Notes: generated by a model not told the origin, from the sequence alone. A stretch of 64,000 nucleotides of DNA from an uncultured virus (IMG/VR IMGVR_UViG_3300029286_000014) (IMGVR_UViG_3300029286_000014), one strand, 5' to 3'. Shown: positions 19,163 to 29,100, numbered from the stretch's first letter. Translations and numbers: made by a program.

Positions 19163-20076
19163 AGCGGGAAATAGAAAAACTTCAGGAATATTTTGAAAGC
19201 TTCGAGGAAATAGCCCAACACAACGAAAAAATTTTCAATAAAGTTCTTGATGGCTATCCCTCGAGTAAAATAATTTTTGAATCCCCCAAGGAGAATTTTA
19301 CAAATTCCTCTTTGGGGTTTGATTCAAAATTATTTAGACAAAAATCTAGAGAAAAGATTGTGAATGAACATTTCTCTAGACAAGCATATGTTAGACCTCA
19401 CACAAGTGTGACTGAGCTCTTATCATGTGTCAGACAAAATTATTACGCTAGATCAAAATATGATATAAATATTGATAAAAATTTTAATTTTCCATATCTT
19501 AAATTATATGCAGATGTTGGAACAGCAATACATGAACACCTACAAAGTGTTTATCCATTTACTGAGATAAAAAAGGCGATTTACAGTGACAAGTTTAGAG
19601 TTAAAGGTGAAGCTGATGCAATAAATAAAAATTATCTTTGTGAAATAAAAAGCACAGAAGTTAAAAAAATTAAATTTCTTCCTGAAATAGATCATTTTCA
19701 TCAGGGAAATATATATGCGCATGTTCTTAATACTGAATACAATTATAATATTAATGGTGTAACCATTATTTATGTTTTCAGAGATGATTTAAAAAGGGAT
19801 CCTTTAGCAATAGATTTTAAAATTGATACTAATCTAGCAATAGATTTTTTGTCAAGATCATTGATTTTACTCGATGCTATTGAAAGAAAAGTAATTCCAG
19901 AAAAGATTGGAAATACAGAAGATAAGTGTAAGTGGTGTCCATATTCAGATTATTGCATTAAAGATGGTGATGGAATTAAAATTGAGGCAGTAATTAAAAA
20001 AGAAGAACCAAAAAAACAAAAAGAACATAAAAAAGAAAAAAAGATACCACAAGAAATTTCGACATTCAAAATATAG
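19159..20076 (+). CDS. Cas4-like PD-(D/E)xK exonuclease (stand-alone)
   Basis: SVTELLSCVRQ, GTAIHE, GEADAI, EIKS, QGNIY, CKWCPYSDYC (four-Cys cluster); frame open from 19156 with probable CTG start at 19159 (alternative TTG 19312). Confidence 0.8.
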   Translation: MKREIEKLQEYFESFEEIAQHNEKIFNKVLDGYPSSKIIFESPKENFTNSSLGFDSKLFRQKSREKIVNEHFSRQAYVRPHTSVTELLSCVRQNYYARSKYDINIDKNFNFPYLKLYADVGTAIHEHLQSVYPFTEIKKAIYSDKFRVKGEADAINKNYLCEIKSTEVKKIKFLPEIDHFHQGNIYAHVLNTEYNYNINGVTIIYVFRDDLKRDPLAIDFKIDTNLAIDFLSRSLILLDAIERKVIPEKIGNTEDKCKWCPYSDYCIKDGDGIKIEAVIKKEEPKKQKEHKKEKKIPQEISTFKI

Positions 20077-20097
20077 TTACAGAGAGAGGATTTAATA

Positions 20098-21111
20098 ATG
20101 ATAGTAACTTTTCCGCTGCTTATGGACGCTACAATAAATTCATCAGTTGTTCCTGGTGTTTGTAAAAATTTAGAACGATACTGTCTTATACATAAACTAG
20201 ATACTATTCTAAAATGGGGAGGGCTCCCCTCTGATTCCAGAATAGTTCAATGGGGGATTGCTGCCGCGCAAGCAGCAGGTTCTGTTTTACTTGCTAGTGA
20301 AACTAAAAAAGGAAATGTTTTAAGAGAAGACGATATACATATTCATAATACTGGGAATGAAAAAGTTAATGTTATAACTGGTGATAAAGAAGAGAAAAAA
20401 CCTCATGAACCAGATAGGGCAGTCGATGTAAGAGGGGTTGATGTAAAATCAACGTTATCAATTGAACCAACTTGGGTAACAATACAAAGTAAAAAAGGAT
20501 CTGCTGTTATTGGTGTAAAAGTTATTCCTTACCCAATTCCTGCTGAACCATTTGTTGAACAATTAATATCAGATCATTCATTAAAATTCTTTGATAGATT
20601 GGTCGCAAGATATGAAAGAACATTGACACGACAATTCTATAATATGATGAGAAGATTACCTATTTTTCACCTTAATCTTGATCTTAAAAAAGATCCATTG
20701 AAAGATATAATTTATGCAAGAAGTAAATATGGATGGAATGTATTTTGTATGTTGAATTTAGCATCAATTGAAAATGATGAGATATTTAAAGAACAAGGTG
20801 GTGTATCAAGACTATTTAAACTTGGTTGGCAAGCAGTAATTGTTGCAGATGATGTAACACAAAGGTTAGTATTTTGTTTGAAAGAAGACGGTGGGTTATG
20901 CTCAATTGTTCATTATCCATTTTTATATTCAGCATTGGGAAGAGATCAGGCTGATGCTTATGGAAAACTAAGCGATCTTCAAAAATCAACAAGTCCATTT
21001 TTTACACACAAAGTAAGACTTGCTTCATTTTTTGGTGAATCAATCGCATATAGAAAACTAAAAAGATTTGCAGGGTTAGGATTCCCCTGTATTGATTGTG
21101 AGGATAAATAA
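20098..21111 (+). CDS. hypothetical protein (possibly virion)
   Basis: 337-aa ORF with GAGG RBS. Confidence 0.65.
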   Translation: MIVTFPLLMDATINSSVVPGVCKNLERYCLIHKLDTILKWGGLPSDSRIVQWGIAAAQAAGSVLLASETKKGNVLREDDIHIHNTGNEKVNVITGDKEEKKPHEPDRAVDVRGVDVKSTLSIEPTWVTIQSKKGSAVIGVKVIPYPIPAEPFVEQLISDHSLKFFDRLVARYERTLTRQFYNMMRRLPIFHLNLDLKKDPLKDIIYARSKYGWNVFCMLNLASIENDEIFKEQGGVSRLFKLGWQAVIVADDVTQRLVFCLKEDGGLCSIVHYPFLYSALGRDQADAYGKLSDLQKSTSPFFTHKVRLASFFGESIAYRKLKRFAGLGFPCIDCEDK

Positions 21112-21112
21112 G

Positions 21113-21604
21113 ATGCCTATACTTGGACCTAAAGAAATCTCTGGTGGTAAAGAACTGGGTAAAGATATTAAGGTTGGAATTGCACAGAGAATACGAAAAT
21201 CATTTTCTGTTGAAGCTGAGGCATTAGGACGGCAAGCAATAAATAATGTTGTGGAAATTGATAGTTATATTCATAATTATACAGAAAACACAAAATCTTT
21301 GATACAACGGTTGAGGGAAGCTAAAAAGAGTAAATTGCCTCCTCATGATATAAAAGAATTAAAAGATAAAATAAAATTTTCTTTGGATAAGAGAAAAGAA
21401 CTACAAAAACAAAAAAGTAGCGTGCAAAAAAAGTATCTAGACCATATAGATATGTTAAAAAAACAATATCAAAAGAAATTTGTTAAGTTGGGGATTGGTC
21501 TAGGTCTCGGTGTAATTGCAATAGGTATAACAGCTTTTGTAATTAAAAAGATAAGAGATATGAAAAAAAGGGAAAAAGCCGAGGAAGAATTAAAAAATGG
21601 ATGA
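21113..21604 (+). CDS. coiled-coil protein with C-terminal transmembrane anchor (paralog 2)
   Basis: RIRKSF motif; LGIGLGLGVIAIGITAFVI followed by KKIRDMKKREKAEE. Confidence 0.7.
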   Translation: MPILGPKEISGGKELGKDIKVGIAQRIRKSFSVEAEALGRQAINNVVEIDSYIHNYTENTKSLIQRLREAKKSKLPPHDIKELKDKIKFSLDKRKELQKQKSSVQKKYLDHIDMLKKQYQKKFVKLGIGLGLGVIAIGITAFVIKKIRDMKKREKAEEELKNG

Positions 21605-22277
21605 ATTAATCAACTTAAACGAAGTAATAAAAAGTCACAATGAAAAAGTAGATTTATCTATGTCAGATCTTTTGAGATCTAATATGGAAACATTTGAGCT
21701 ATCTTCTGATATATCTCCATTTTCTTTAAGTTTAAGAATTTCTAAATTTGAAGATGAAAAAGCATATATTCAATTTGTAAAAAATTGTGAAAAATTATCC
21801 CGCCAAAGTCTTGAATATAATTTTTGGCGAAAATACATAAAAGATATTTTAGGTGAAACCGTGTGTCATTTGACTTTTGAAAATTCAGTAGAAACTGACA
21901 TTCACATACATCATCATATTCCCGATATTTTTACAATTATTAAAGCAATAGTTAATAAAAAATTAAACAATGAACAATCTTTTTGCACCTTTGATATATG
22001 TACTGAAGCCATTGAACTTCATTTTAAAAATGGAATAGGATTTGTTCCTTTAATTGAAAGTTTACACACAAAATTTCATAATGGATTTCTTAAAATACCT
22101 ATTGAGATTGTTTCTGGAAATTATTCATATTTTTTAGAAAATTATTCACAGTTTTTGGATGAAGAAGATATTGCTATTTTAGATGAAAGATTGGCTGTGA
22201 AACAAAAAGATGTTGAAATTAAATGGTCAAAAGATTTTTATCCTGGAATGATGATACAAGCATCTGGGGGAATTTAA
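21597..22277 (+). CDS. hypothetical protein with HNH-like His pattern
   Basis: WRKYI..VCHLT..IHIHHH..LHTKFH. Confidence 0.55.
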   Translation: MDELINLNEVIKSHNEKVDLSMSDLLRSNMETFELSSDISPFSLSLRISKFEDEKAYIQFVKNCEKLSRQSLEYNFWRKYIKDILGETVCHLTFENSVETDIHIHHHIPDIFTIIKAIVNKKLNNEQSFCTFDICTEAIELHFKNGIGFVPLIESLHTKFHNGFLKIPIEIVSGNYSYFLENYSQFLDEEDIAILDERLAVKQKDVEIKWSKDFYPGMMIQASGGI

Positions 22278-22278
22278 A

Positions 22279-23070
22279 ATTAACTACACAATTCTTTATG
22301 AAAATATAATACAAAGAGCCAGAACAAGAGAATCTCAACCAAAAGGAAAAAGAGAAAAACATCATGTTATTCCTAAATGTATGGGTGGTAAATGCGGGGA
22401 AGTTGTGTATTTAACATTACGGGAACATTATATAACACACAGAATTTTGTGTATTTTATATCCAGATAATATAAAATTAAAATATGCATTTTTTATGATG
22501 TGTATCCAAAGAAAAAATGAACTTGGTGAAAAAGTTACCACATCAAGAACCTATCAAAAAGCAAGAATTGATTGGTATAATTATGCAAAAGAAGATATTA
22601 ATTCTGGTTTATTTAAAGAAGGAATTTTACATCCAAATTATGGAAAACCTCCAGCAAATAAAGGAATTTCTAGATCTGATGAAACTAAAAGAAAAATAAG
22701 TGAAAAGAATAAAGGAAAGCATTCAAATCCATCTACGGAATTTAAAAAAGGACAAGTTTCTGCTTTCAAAGGTAAGAAACACACTGAAGAGACAAAAAAG
22801 AAATTTTCGGATCAGCATACAGGTAAATCTTTACCACCATTTACTGAGGAGCATAAGAAGAAAATAAGCAATGCTCTTAAAGGAAGAAAGATTAGTGAGG
22901 AGCAGAGAAAAAAGATAAGTGAATCGCGCAAAGGAAAAAAATTAACTGAAGAACAAAAACAACATCTTCGTGAATGTAGAAAAGATAAACCGCATCCTAT
23001 GTTAGGAAAACATCACACAAACGAAACAAAAAGGAAGATTTCTGAAAAATTAAGAGGAAAAAACTATTAA
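22279..23070 (+). CDS. HNH homing endonuclease with NUMOD3 repeats
   Basis: Frame extends upstream of the track start to INYTILYENIIQRA..KHHVIPKCMGG; LTLREHYITH; repeated HTEETKKKxS units; probable ATT start at 22279. Confidence 0.85.
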   Translation: MNYTILYENIIQRARTRESQPKGKREKHHVIPKCMGGKCGEVVYLTLREHYITHRILCILYPDNIKLKYAFFMMCIQRKNELGEKVTTSRTYQKARIDWYNYAKEDINSGLFKEGILHPNYGKPPANKGISRSDETKRKISEKNKGKHSNPSTEFKKGQVSAFKGKKHTEETKKKFSDQHTGKSLPPFTEEHKKKISNALKGRKISEEQRKKISESRKGKKLTEEQKQHLRECRKDKPHPMLGKHHTNETKRKISEKLRGKNY

Positions 23071-23085
23071 TGGAGAAAGAAAAAA

Positions 23086-23484
23086 ATGCAAACAATTTCG
23101 GATGAATCGCGGATTCGAATAAAATATCCATTTGAAATTGACAATTTTTCTGAACGTTATCGAACAACTAATGGTATTTATAATTTCACGTCTCCTGATA
23201 TGTGGGTAATCGACAAATTCTTTTATTATTTGCAGAAAAACTCTGTAATTAAGCAATTTAATAACTCTAAATATAATTATAAACCTTCATATTTATCTTA
23301 TGATGAATATGGCGTTGTTACATTGGGGTTATTATTAATGCAAGTTAATAGAATTTATACAATTGAAGATTTTCATGATCTACCTAGAGTTATTATTCCT
23401 TCACTAAATGCTGTATCAACAGTTTGCCAAAATAAATATCCAACTAATTATAATCCAAATGATGTTCCAGAGGTAAATTGGTAA
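23086..23484 (+). CDS. baseplate wedge protein, T4 gp53-like (LysM-like)
   Basis: YKPSYLSYDEYG...LLMQVNRI...IIPS pattern; near the gp5-like gene. Confidence 0.65.
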   Translation: MQTISDESRIRIKYPFEIDNFSERYRTTNGIYNFTSPDMWVIDKFFYYLQKNSVIKQFNNSKYNYKPSYLSYDEYGVVTLGLLLMQVNRIYTIEDFHDLPRVIIPSLNAVSTVCQNKYPTNYNPNDVPEVNW

Positions 23485-24185
23485 TGAGAGTCATTGAACT
23501 TATTTTAGAAAATTTTCCTGAGAATGAAAAATTTAAACCAGTTTATGATGAAATTAATAAGAAGATTCCTGAAATAAAAGATAGATATGCTTGTCAGCAG
23601 TATGCCGCAATTATTGGAAAAACAAGAAGATTAAGTTATATGTTGTGCCATTATAAATGTGAACACAAAATAACTGGTTATGTATTGACTAAATGTAATG
23701 AGTTAAATAAAAGATGTAGAAGTCGCGAATGTAAAGAAAACTTCAGTAATCAAACAAGAAAATTAGAGTTAATGTTGGATGCTTATGAAAGAGAAATAAA
23801 AAGAATTGAAGCACAACTAAAAATATTAAAACATAAAATTCCAGATTATGAAAAGGGTGGAATATTTGGTAAAATGCATGTTAACGAAGGAATATTTTAT
23901 AATATTAATAAAAAATTGGATGAAGCTAAAGAAGAATCTAATGAAATTGCGAATAATTGTTTAAAAGAAAAACCACAACAGAAAAACAAAAAAGGATTGG
24001 AAATACATAAATATAAATGTATTATTAGATCTTTGAAACATTTAAGATCAAAATATGTAGAAATTAGAAGACATGTTGCATCATTTCAAGATTTATTTAC
24101 TATGAATAAATTCATTAAAAGTATAGATGCACAGATTGAAAAATATAAAGAATCGATAAGACAACTAGGTGGAACTATAGAATAA
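23484..24185 (+). CDS. hypothetical Cys-rich helical protein
   Basis: ATG overlaps the upstream stop (TAATG); two loosely similar halves, each with YKC. Confidence 0.6.
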   Translation: MRVIELILENFPENEKFKPVYDEINKKIPEIKDRYACQQYAAIIGKTRRLSYMLCHYKCEHKITGYVLTKCNELNKRCRSRECKENFSNQTRKLELMLDAYEREIKRIEAQLKILKHKIPDYEKGGIFGKMHVNEGIFYNINKKLDEAKEESNEIANNCLKEKPQQKNKKGLEIHKYKCIIRSLKHLRSKYVEIRRHVASFQDLFTMNKFIKSIDAQIEKYKESIRQLGGTIE

Positions 24186-24201
24186 AAAGGAATAAAATCT
24201 G

Positions 24202-25092
24202 ATGAATATAAAAGAAACTTTTATCTTAAATAAAGATACACCAAATTTGTTAAATTTATCTAAAAAAGAGATTAAAGAATACTCTGTCGAAAATGGTATA
24301 AAACTAACAACAGATGTTCTTGGGCTTTTGGATAAAAGTATAGATCATTTCACGAAGAAACCAGTATTTAATCTCTTTAAAGATAAGAGTTCTTTTGAGG
24401 TTTTAATACTCCCAACTTACACACTACATGTTTCATATAACGTACCGACTAAACAAATAATTGTTAATTTGAATCCATTTGGTGTAGAAACAATATCAAC
24501 AACATCCCCAGAACCAAGAAATCTTTATACATGTTTAGCGTATGGATTGTTGATGAAAAATTTTATTGAAGGAAAATCAAAAAGAATAAAACTTGAGTAT
24601 TATAATATCATACCAAGTTTTTTAACAAGTGTTTTTGTGCAGGTTTTTGGTAGACAATATGGGTTAACTGGAAGATATTCTGGAAATATTCCTATGCTTA
24701 AATTTCTTATAACTTTATATATTTTAGTTTCGTTTTTTGGTGTAAAACAAAAAGAGGCATATACACTTGCAGCTAGAGTTTCATCTACTGATTATAAAAC
24801 TATTGAAAAAGAACTGGATGAATATAATTTTACATCAATAAATGATCTTATAAAATCATTATCAGAATTAGGAGTTTTCCCAGGTATAACAACCTTTCAT
24901 TTTTTGGACAAAGTTTATAAAATGTTTACTGTACATTTTCTGCCAGCATTTGAAGATATGTCTAGATTTTTAGCATGTATGTTAGCGTGTAGCATTCCAT
25001 TAGAAACAGTTATTCCAAGATTTATTTCTAGTAAGTATAATATTGATGAATATAATAAAATTTTAGAAATAACAAAGTTATTATTAAGGTAA
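24202..25092 (+). CDS. hypothetical protein
   Basis: 296-aa ORF with AAGGA RBS. Confidence 0.65.
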   Translation: MNIKETFILNKDTPNLLNLSKKEIKEYSVENGIKLTTDVLGLLDKSIDHFTKKPVFNLFKDKSSFEVLILPTYTLHVSYNVPTKQIIVNLNPFGVETISTTSPEPRNLYTCLAYGLLMKNFIEGKSKRIKLEYYNIIPSFLTSVFVQVFGRQYGLTGRYSGNIPMLKFLITLYILVSFFGVKQKEAYTLAARVSSTDYKTIEKELDEYNFTSINDLIKSLSELGVFPGITTFHFLDKVYKMFTVHFLPAFEDMSRFLACMLACSIPLETVIPRFISSKYNIDEYNKILEITKLLLR

Positions 25093-25094
25093 AT

Positions 25095-25625
25095 ATGCCA
25101 AATGACATGGTTGTTTCTGGAGGCAGAAGCATATCTATGAATAATCTTCGATTTAATATAAATATAGTTCAACTTGTTAAAGCTGTTCGTGATCTTTCTC
25201 GACTGTGGGATAAAAGCAAATTAAAGAAGAAAATAAAAAATATTCATTTTAAATTTCCAAAGATGGGACCAAGTAGTTTGAGAACAAGTCTAACAGATGA
25301 TGAGAGAGAAGAACTAAAATTGAATTGGTTAATAAGAATAAGAAAATCTTTTTATGTTAGAGCTGAGAGAATTTCTAAAGAAATGAACGATGAATTACTT
25401 CAAGCACATAATTTAAAAGATATAGAAAATACAAAAAAAAAGTTAGTTAGAAGATTAAAAAATCTTAGATTAATATACTATGCGCAATACGGTGCTGGTA
25501 TAGGTGTTTTTGTTATTGCTGTTACTCTTTTAGCGTTATTTATTGCTCAATCTAAAAAAAGAAAAAGAGCATTAGAAGAAGAAAAAGAAAAGGACGACAA
25601 GACAAGTTATGCAAATAGAGGATAA
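25095..25625 (+). CDS. protein with C-terminal transmembrane anchor (paralog 3)
   Basis: IRIRKSF motif; GAGIGVFVIAVTLLALFIA followed by KKRKRALEE. Confidence 0.65.
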   Translation: MPNDMVVSGGRSISMNNLRFNINIVQLVKAVRDLSRLWDKSKLKKKIKNIHFKFPKMGPSSLRTSLTDDEREELKLNWLIRIRKSFYVRAERISKEMNDELLQAHNLKDIENTKKKLVRRLKNLRLIYYAQYGAGIGVFVIAVTLLALFIAQSKKRKRALEEEKEKDDKTSYANRG

Positions 25626-26559
25626 ATCGGCACCTCTTGATGGATTTTGGAGAGCCCTTGTTGTTGATAATAAAGATCCTGAGAAATATGGAAAAGTTAT
25701 GGTGTGGATACCAGATCTCATGCCAAATATTCCACAAGATAAAGGAATTTGGGCATATCCAGCAAATACATCTGTTGGCGGTGGAAATAGTGGTACTTTA
25801 AATAGTGGGAAATTCAATCCTGAACAATGTTTAACACCTGGAAAAGGAAGTTGGGTTTTTGTATTTTTTGAGGGGGGCCAATCAAATAGACCTTTTTTCT
25901 TTGCCCCAATAGAAATTGAAGAATCAAAAGTTCCCGCCGAATGCCAAACTGGATCTAATCCTCAAGATAAATGGGTTCTTTTTAAATCACCACAGGGAAG
26001 ATGTATTGTTATATCTGATGATGAAGATGATTGTCGTGTTGAAATAACATCAAAAAAAAGAAATATGTCGGATCCTCCTTCAGGTGATTCTGGATCTGTT
26101 TTTGATATTGATGGAAATATGACCACAATTCTTCTAGATGAAAGAAGCGGCAGTGAAAAGATATTAATAAAAACATACAAAGGGGATTATGTTAATATCA
26201 TTATTGAGGATGGAAGTTTGAACATCCAAATGCAAGGTGATATACAAATAAAAAATACAGGTTCTACTTGCATTAAAAGTTTAGGTGATATAAATATAAA
26301 AAGTGGTGCAAATGTGAACATACAGTCTGTTGGTAATGTTAATATAAAAGCAGGCGCATTGATGTGTGCAGAATCGGCTCTAGATTTAAATATTAAATCT
26401 GGTGTTAATTTGAATAGTATGGCTGGGGCAACAATAAATAATAAATCAACTGGCCCAATAAACTCAGACGGTGCAGGAATTATGGATATGAGTGGCATGG
26501 CTCTTCCTGCAATGCCATCTGGAAGTGCAACAGATTCTAATCCGAAAGGAGATAGATAA
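25609..26559 (+). CDS. baseplate central spike, gp5/VgrG-like (OB-fold + beta-helix)
   Basis: RALVVDNKDPEKYGKVMVWIP, P..GSWVFVFFEGG..RP, C-terminal NIKSG 8-residue repeats. Confidence 0.85.
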   Translation: MQIEDKSAPLDGFWRALVVDNKDPEKYGKVMVWIPDLMPNIPQDKGIWAYPANTSVGGGNSGTLNSGKFNPEQCLTPGKGSWVFVFFEGGQSNRPFFFAPIEIEESKVPAECQTGSNPQDKWVLFKSPQGRCIVISDDEDDCRVEITSKKRNMSDPPSGDSGSVFDIDGNMTTILLDERSGSEKILIKTYKGDYVNIIIEDGSLNIQMQGDIQIKNTGSTCIKSLGDINIKSGANVNIQSVGNVNIKAGALMCAESALDLNIKSGVNLNSMAGATINNKSTGPINSDGAGIMDMSGMALPAMPSGSATDSNPKGDR

Positions 26560-27332
26560 TGTCAGTTATTTTTTTTGAAGAAGACTATGATAGGGTGGTA
26601 TCTGAATTTACAGGTGATAGTCCTATTCAAACAATAAGACAAAATGTTTGCGATCAAATAAAGACACAAGCAAATCTAGTTTTTTCATCTATGAAGGCAG
26701 TTCAAACTAGTGTCCACGCAGCTGAAAGAGTTGCACAAAGTTTTCTTACTAGTATGGAATGGTCCCCTACTAGTCTTGTAAAAACTTTAGCAAACAAAGC
26801 TATAGATGAGGCAAAAAAAACGATACCGAAAGTCCCAAAAGAATGGGATGAAGTAGCTAGAATTATGAACGCTTGTAATTTTTTAAGTAGTACAGTATTT
26901 ACAGAACCATCTTCACTAGCAGGATCGATACAAAGTTTTATGGTGAAAAGTTCTAGAAAACTAGTTACCGATATCACTGGTGAACTCCCAGAATTTAGTG
27001 CTGCAAAATTACTTGATCTTATAAAACAACAATTAAATGTAGCTTCATTTAAGATAAATTTAGATAATTATAAAAAAGCAATTGCATGTATGAGTACAGT
27101 TTGTCATGTTGATATTAGACCAAGAGCTGCTGAATTAAATGCTTTTTTAAAAAGAATTTATATGACAGGCAGTGGTGAACTTAATATCGTAGCATTAATG
27201 AAAGGATGTGGAATAACAGATCCAAGTAAAGTTTTGAGCATTAGTTATGCTTTAGCAACATATCAATCAATTGAAGACTCTATATCCGAGTCTGTTGATG
27301 AAGGAAAAAAGTTTTTGAACTCTTATTTTTAA
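26559..27332 (+). CDS. hypothetical protein
   Basis: 257-aa ORF translationally coupled to the spike gene. Confidence 0.65.
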   Translation: MSVIFFEEDYDRVVSEFTGDSPIQTIRQNVCDQIKTQANLVFSSMKAVQTSVHAAERVAQSFLTSMEWSPTSLVKTLANKAIDEAKKTIPKVPKEWDEVARIMNACNFLSSTVFTEPSSLAGSIQSFMVKSSRKLVTDITGELPEFSAAKLLDLIKQQLNVASFKINLDNYKKAIACMSTVCHVDIRPRAAELNAFLKRIYMTGSGELNIVALMKGCGITDPSKVLSISYALATYQSIEDSISESVDEGKKFLNSYF

Positions 27333-27360
27333 ACAGAGATTTAATCCATTATAAATTTTT

Positions 27361-27382
27361 TAGTTATATATATGAATGGTGA
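27361..27382 (+). promoter_or_regulatory. putative early phage promoter TAGT-TATATATAT-G-AAT-GG-TGA
   Basis: Intergenic motif repeated at 39480, 46197, 60973. Confidence 0.6.
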
Positions 27383-27411
27383 ATACGATATCAATTTCAA
27401 AGGAGATGAAC

Positions 27412-28860
27412 ATGATAAAATTTGAACAAGTCGGACCAAAAAAGTTTAACATTTATGAAAACGATGAAGTTTTAGTATCAATTGATCTTTTAACCTCAAC
27501 GATAGCCAACAAATTTTCAATCATTTCAACCTACATAGAAAATATCATAAAAAAATTCCCAGAATTCGAAACATGGTTCTTCAACCTTATAAAAGAATAT
27601 GAAACGACTAAAGAACATTATAAACTTATAGAAAAAAACATGCCGATGTTAAAGAAATTTTCAGATGACTACATTGATAGTGAGAACATAGATTTTAACC
27701 AGTTCGTTGATGAGCAAAAAGCTAAGAAAAATACAATATTGTTTAACGCAAGAGATATCGAGCATATAATTAGATTATCAGGATATTTGAAAATATATAC
27801 AATATTTTCAAATAGTGAGAATTATAAATTAGATCAAAGATTACATAAGAAAATATATAATGAACTTTCATCCAATATAGATACAGATTTGGTCTACAAA
27901 TTATTTAGTTTAATAAAAACAAAGACATTTAAATATAATCTTACGGATAGATATATGTGGGATTATATAAAAATGATACAATGTAAATCAATTGATGTTC
28001 ATGTTATTCAGATTTTTAATTTTATAATGAATAGTATTTTGGTTTTATGTAAACAAGATAAAAATCCAATAACATATTTTGTAACAGTTGTTGATGAATC
28101 AATTAAATGGTTTTTGAGATCTGTATATAAGGCTTCAGTAATTTATGATGATTCAATTGCAACAGAAGATATTCAGAGTACAAATAAAGATAATTTGAGA
28201 ACATATGCATATAATGATACTCTTGGAAGATTAAAAGGAAATGCATATAAACAAATTCATGAAGAATTAGAAAAAGCTCCACTAGTATTTTTTGAACCAG
28301 AAAAAGAACAAGAAGAAACGGATGCATATATTTTAAACTTTCAGAAAAGAATTGAAAATATAAAACATATTTCTCCAATATGTGATTTCTTTGTTTATCC
28401 AATTCTTGCAGCAATAACTGGTATTCCATATAGTCATTTTAGAGCATTAGCACCAGAACATGCAATTGTTTTATCGGTTTACGTTCAAGGATTAATGAAA
28501 AAAGTTTTCGATCAAGAGTACAAAACAATATGTTCTATGTTGAATTATTATCCTAACTCAACACCATCTTTAATAACAACATATAAATTAAAGAACATTC
28601 ATACATTTATTAACACAGCAGATGAAATAAATAATTTTTTTGGGTTTAAAACAAAAATTATGCTATGTGATTTGCTAAGTAGTTTTGTTGGAAAAATGTC
28701 TAGAAGCGGATTCATAAATGTATTCAATGGAAAGGAATTATCAGGTGTTCCAGTTTCTAAATTAGAAATTGAATTAATTCAATTTTTCACTTTATTCTTT
28801 GCAGGTAAAATGGAAGATAAGATTAATGCAATGAGAAAACATTGTTTTATAGAATTCTAG
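27412..28860 (+). CDS. probable promoter-specificity (sigma-like) subunit of the non-virion RNAP, AR9 gp226/phiKZ gp68-like
   Basis: About 480 aa; segments ILFNARDIEHIIRLSGYLK, YKL..K......MW, KNPITYFVTVVDESIKWF and a C-terminal LIQFF helix resemble AR9 gp226 as recalled from memory; AAGGAG RBS favours ATG 27412. Confidence 0.55.
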   Translation: MIKFEQVGPKKFNIYENDEVLVSIDLLTSTIANKFSIISTYIENIIKKFPEFETWFFNLIKEYETTKEHYKLIEKNMPMLKKFSDDYIDSENIDFNQFVDEQKAKKNTILFNARDIEHIIRLSGYLKIYTIFSNSENYKLDQRLHKKIYNELSSNIDTDLVYKLFSLIKTKTFKYNLTDRYMWDYIKMIQCKSIDVHVIQIFNFIMNSILVLCKQDKNPITYFVTVVDESIKWFLRSVYKASVIYDDSIATEDIQSTNKDNLRTYAYNDTLGRLKGNAYKQIHEELEKAPLVFFEPEKEQEETDAYILNFQKRIENIKHISPICDFFVYPILAAITGIPYSHFRALAPEHAIVLSVYVQGLMKKVFDQEYKTICSMLNYYPNSTPSLITTYKLKNIHTFINTADEINNFFGFKTKIMLCDLLSSFVGKMSRSGFINVFNGKELSGVPVSKLEIELIQFFTLFFAGKMEDKINAMRKHCFIEF

Positions 28861-28870
28861 GAGGGTTGTT

Positions 28871-29071
28871 ATGGATAAAGAAAAATATACATTTAAAAAT
28901 TTTTTGAAAGATTTAAAAGAAGTTGTTTATAACGTGTCTACCGATATTATATCAAAGGTTATAGTTTTAACTGTTTATCATGCTATTGATCCTCCAAGTT
29001 ATTCTTGCCCAAATTTTAAATGTTGCCAATGCCCATATAATTGTATAGATTGTAGATACAAAAATTATTAG
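28871..29071 (+). CDS. small protein with Cys-rich C-terminus
   Basis: 66 aa, AGGAGG RBS, CPNFKCCQCPYNCIDC. Confidence 0.55.
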   Translation: MDKEKYTFKNFLKDLKEVVYNVSTDIISKVIVLTVYHAIDPPSYSCPNFKCCQCPYNCIDCRYKNY

Positions 29072-29083
29072 ATGTGTGGTATT

Positions 29084-29100
29084 CAGAACAAAATTAAAAA
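29084..29100 (+). promoter_or_regulatory. putative late promoter motif CAGAACAAAATTAAAAA upstream of the RNAP-1 operon
   Basis: Intergenic AACAAA motif. Confidence 0.4.

Noticed and set aside
19159..20076. CRISPR-Cas locus around the Cas4-like gene
   Set aside because: No cas1/cas2 and no direct-repeat array visible anywhere in the window; solo Cas4-like nucleases are common in phages
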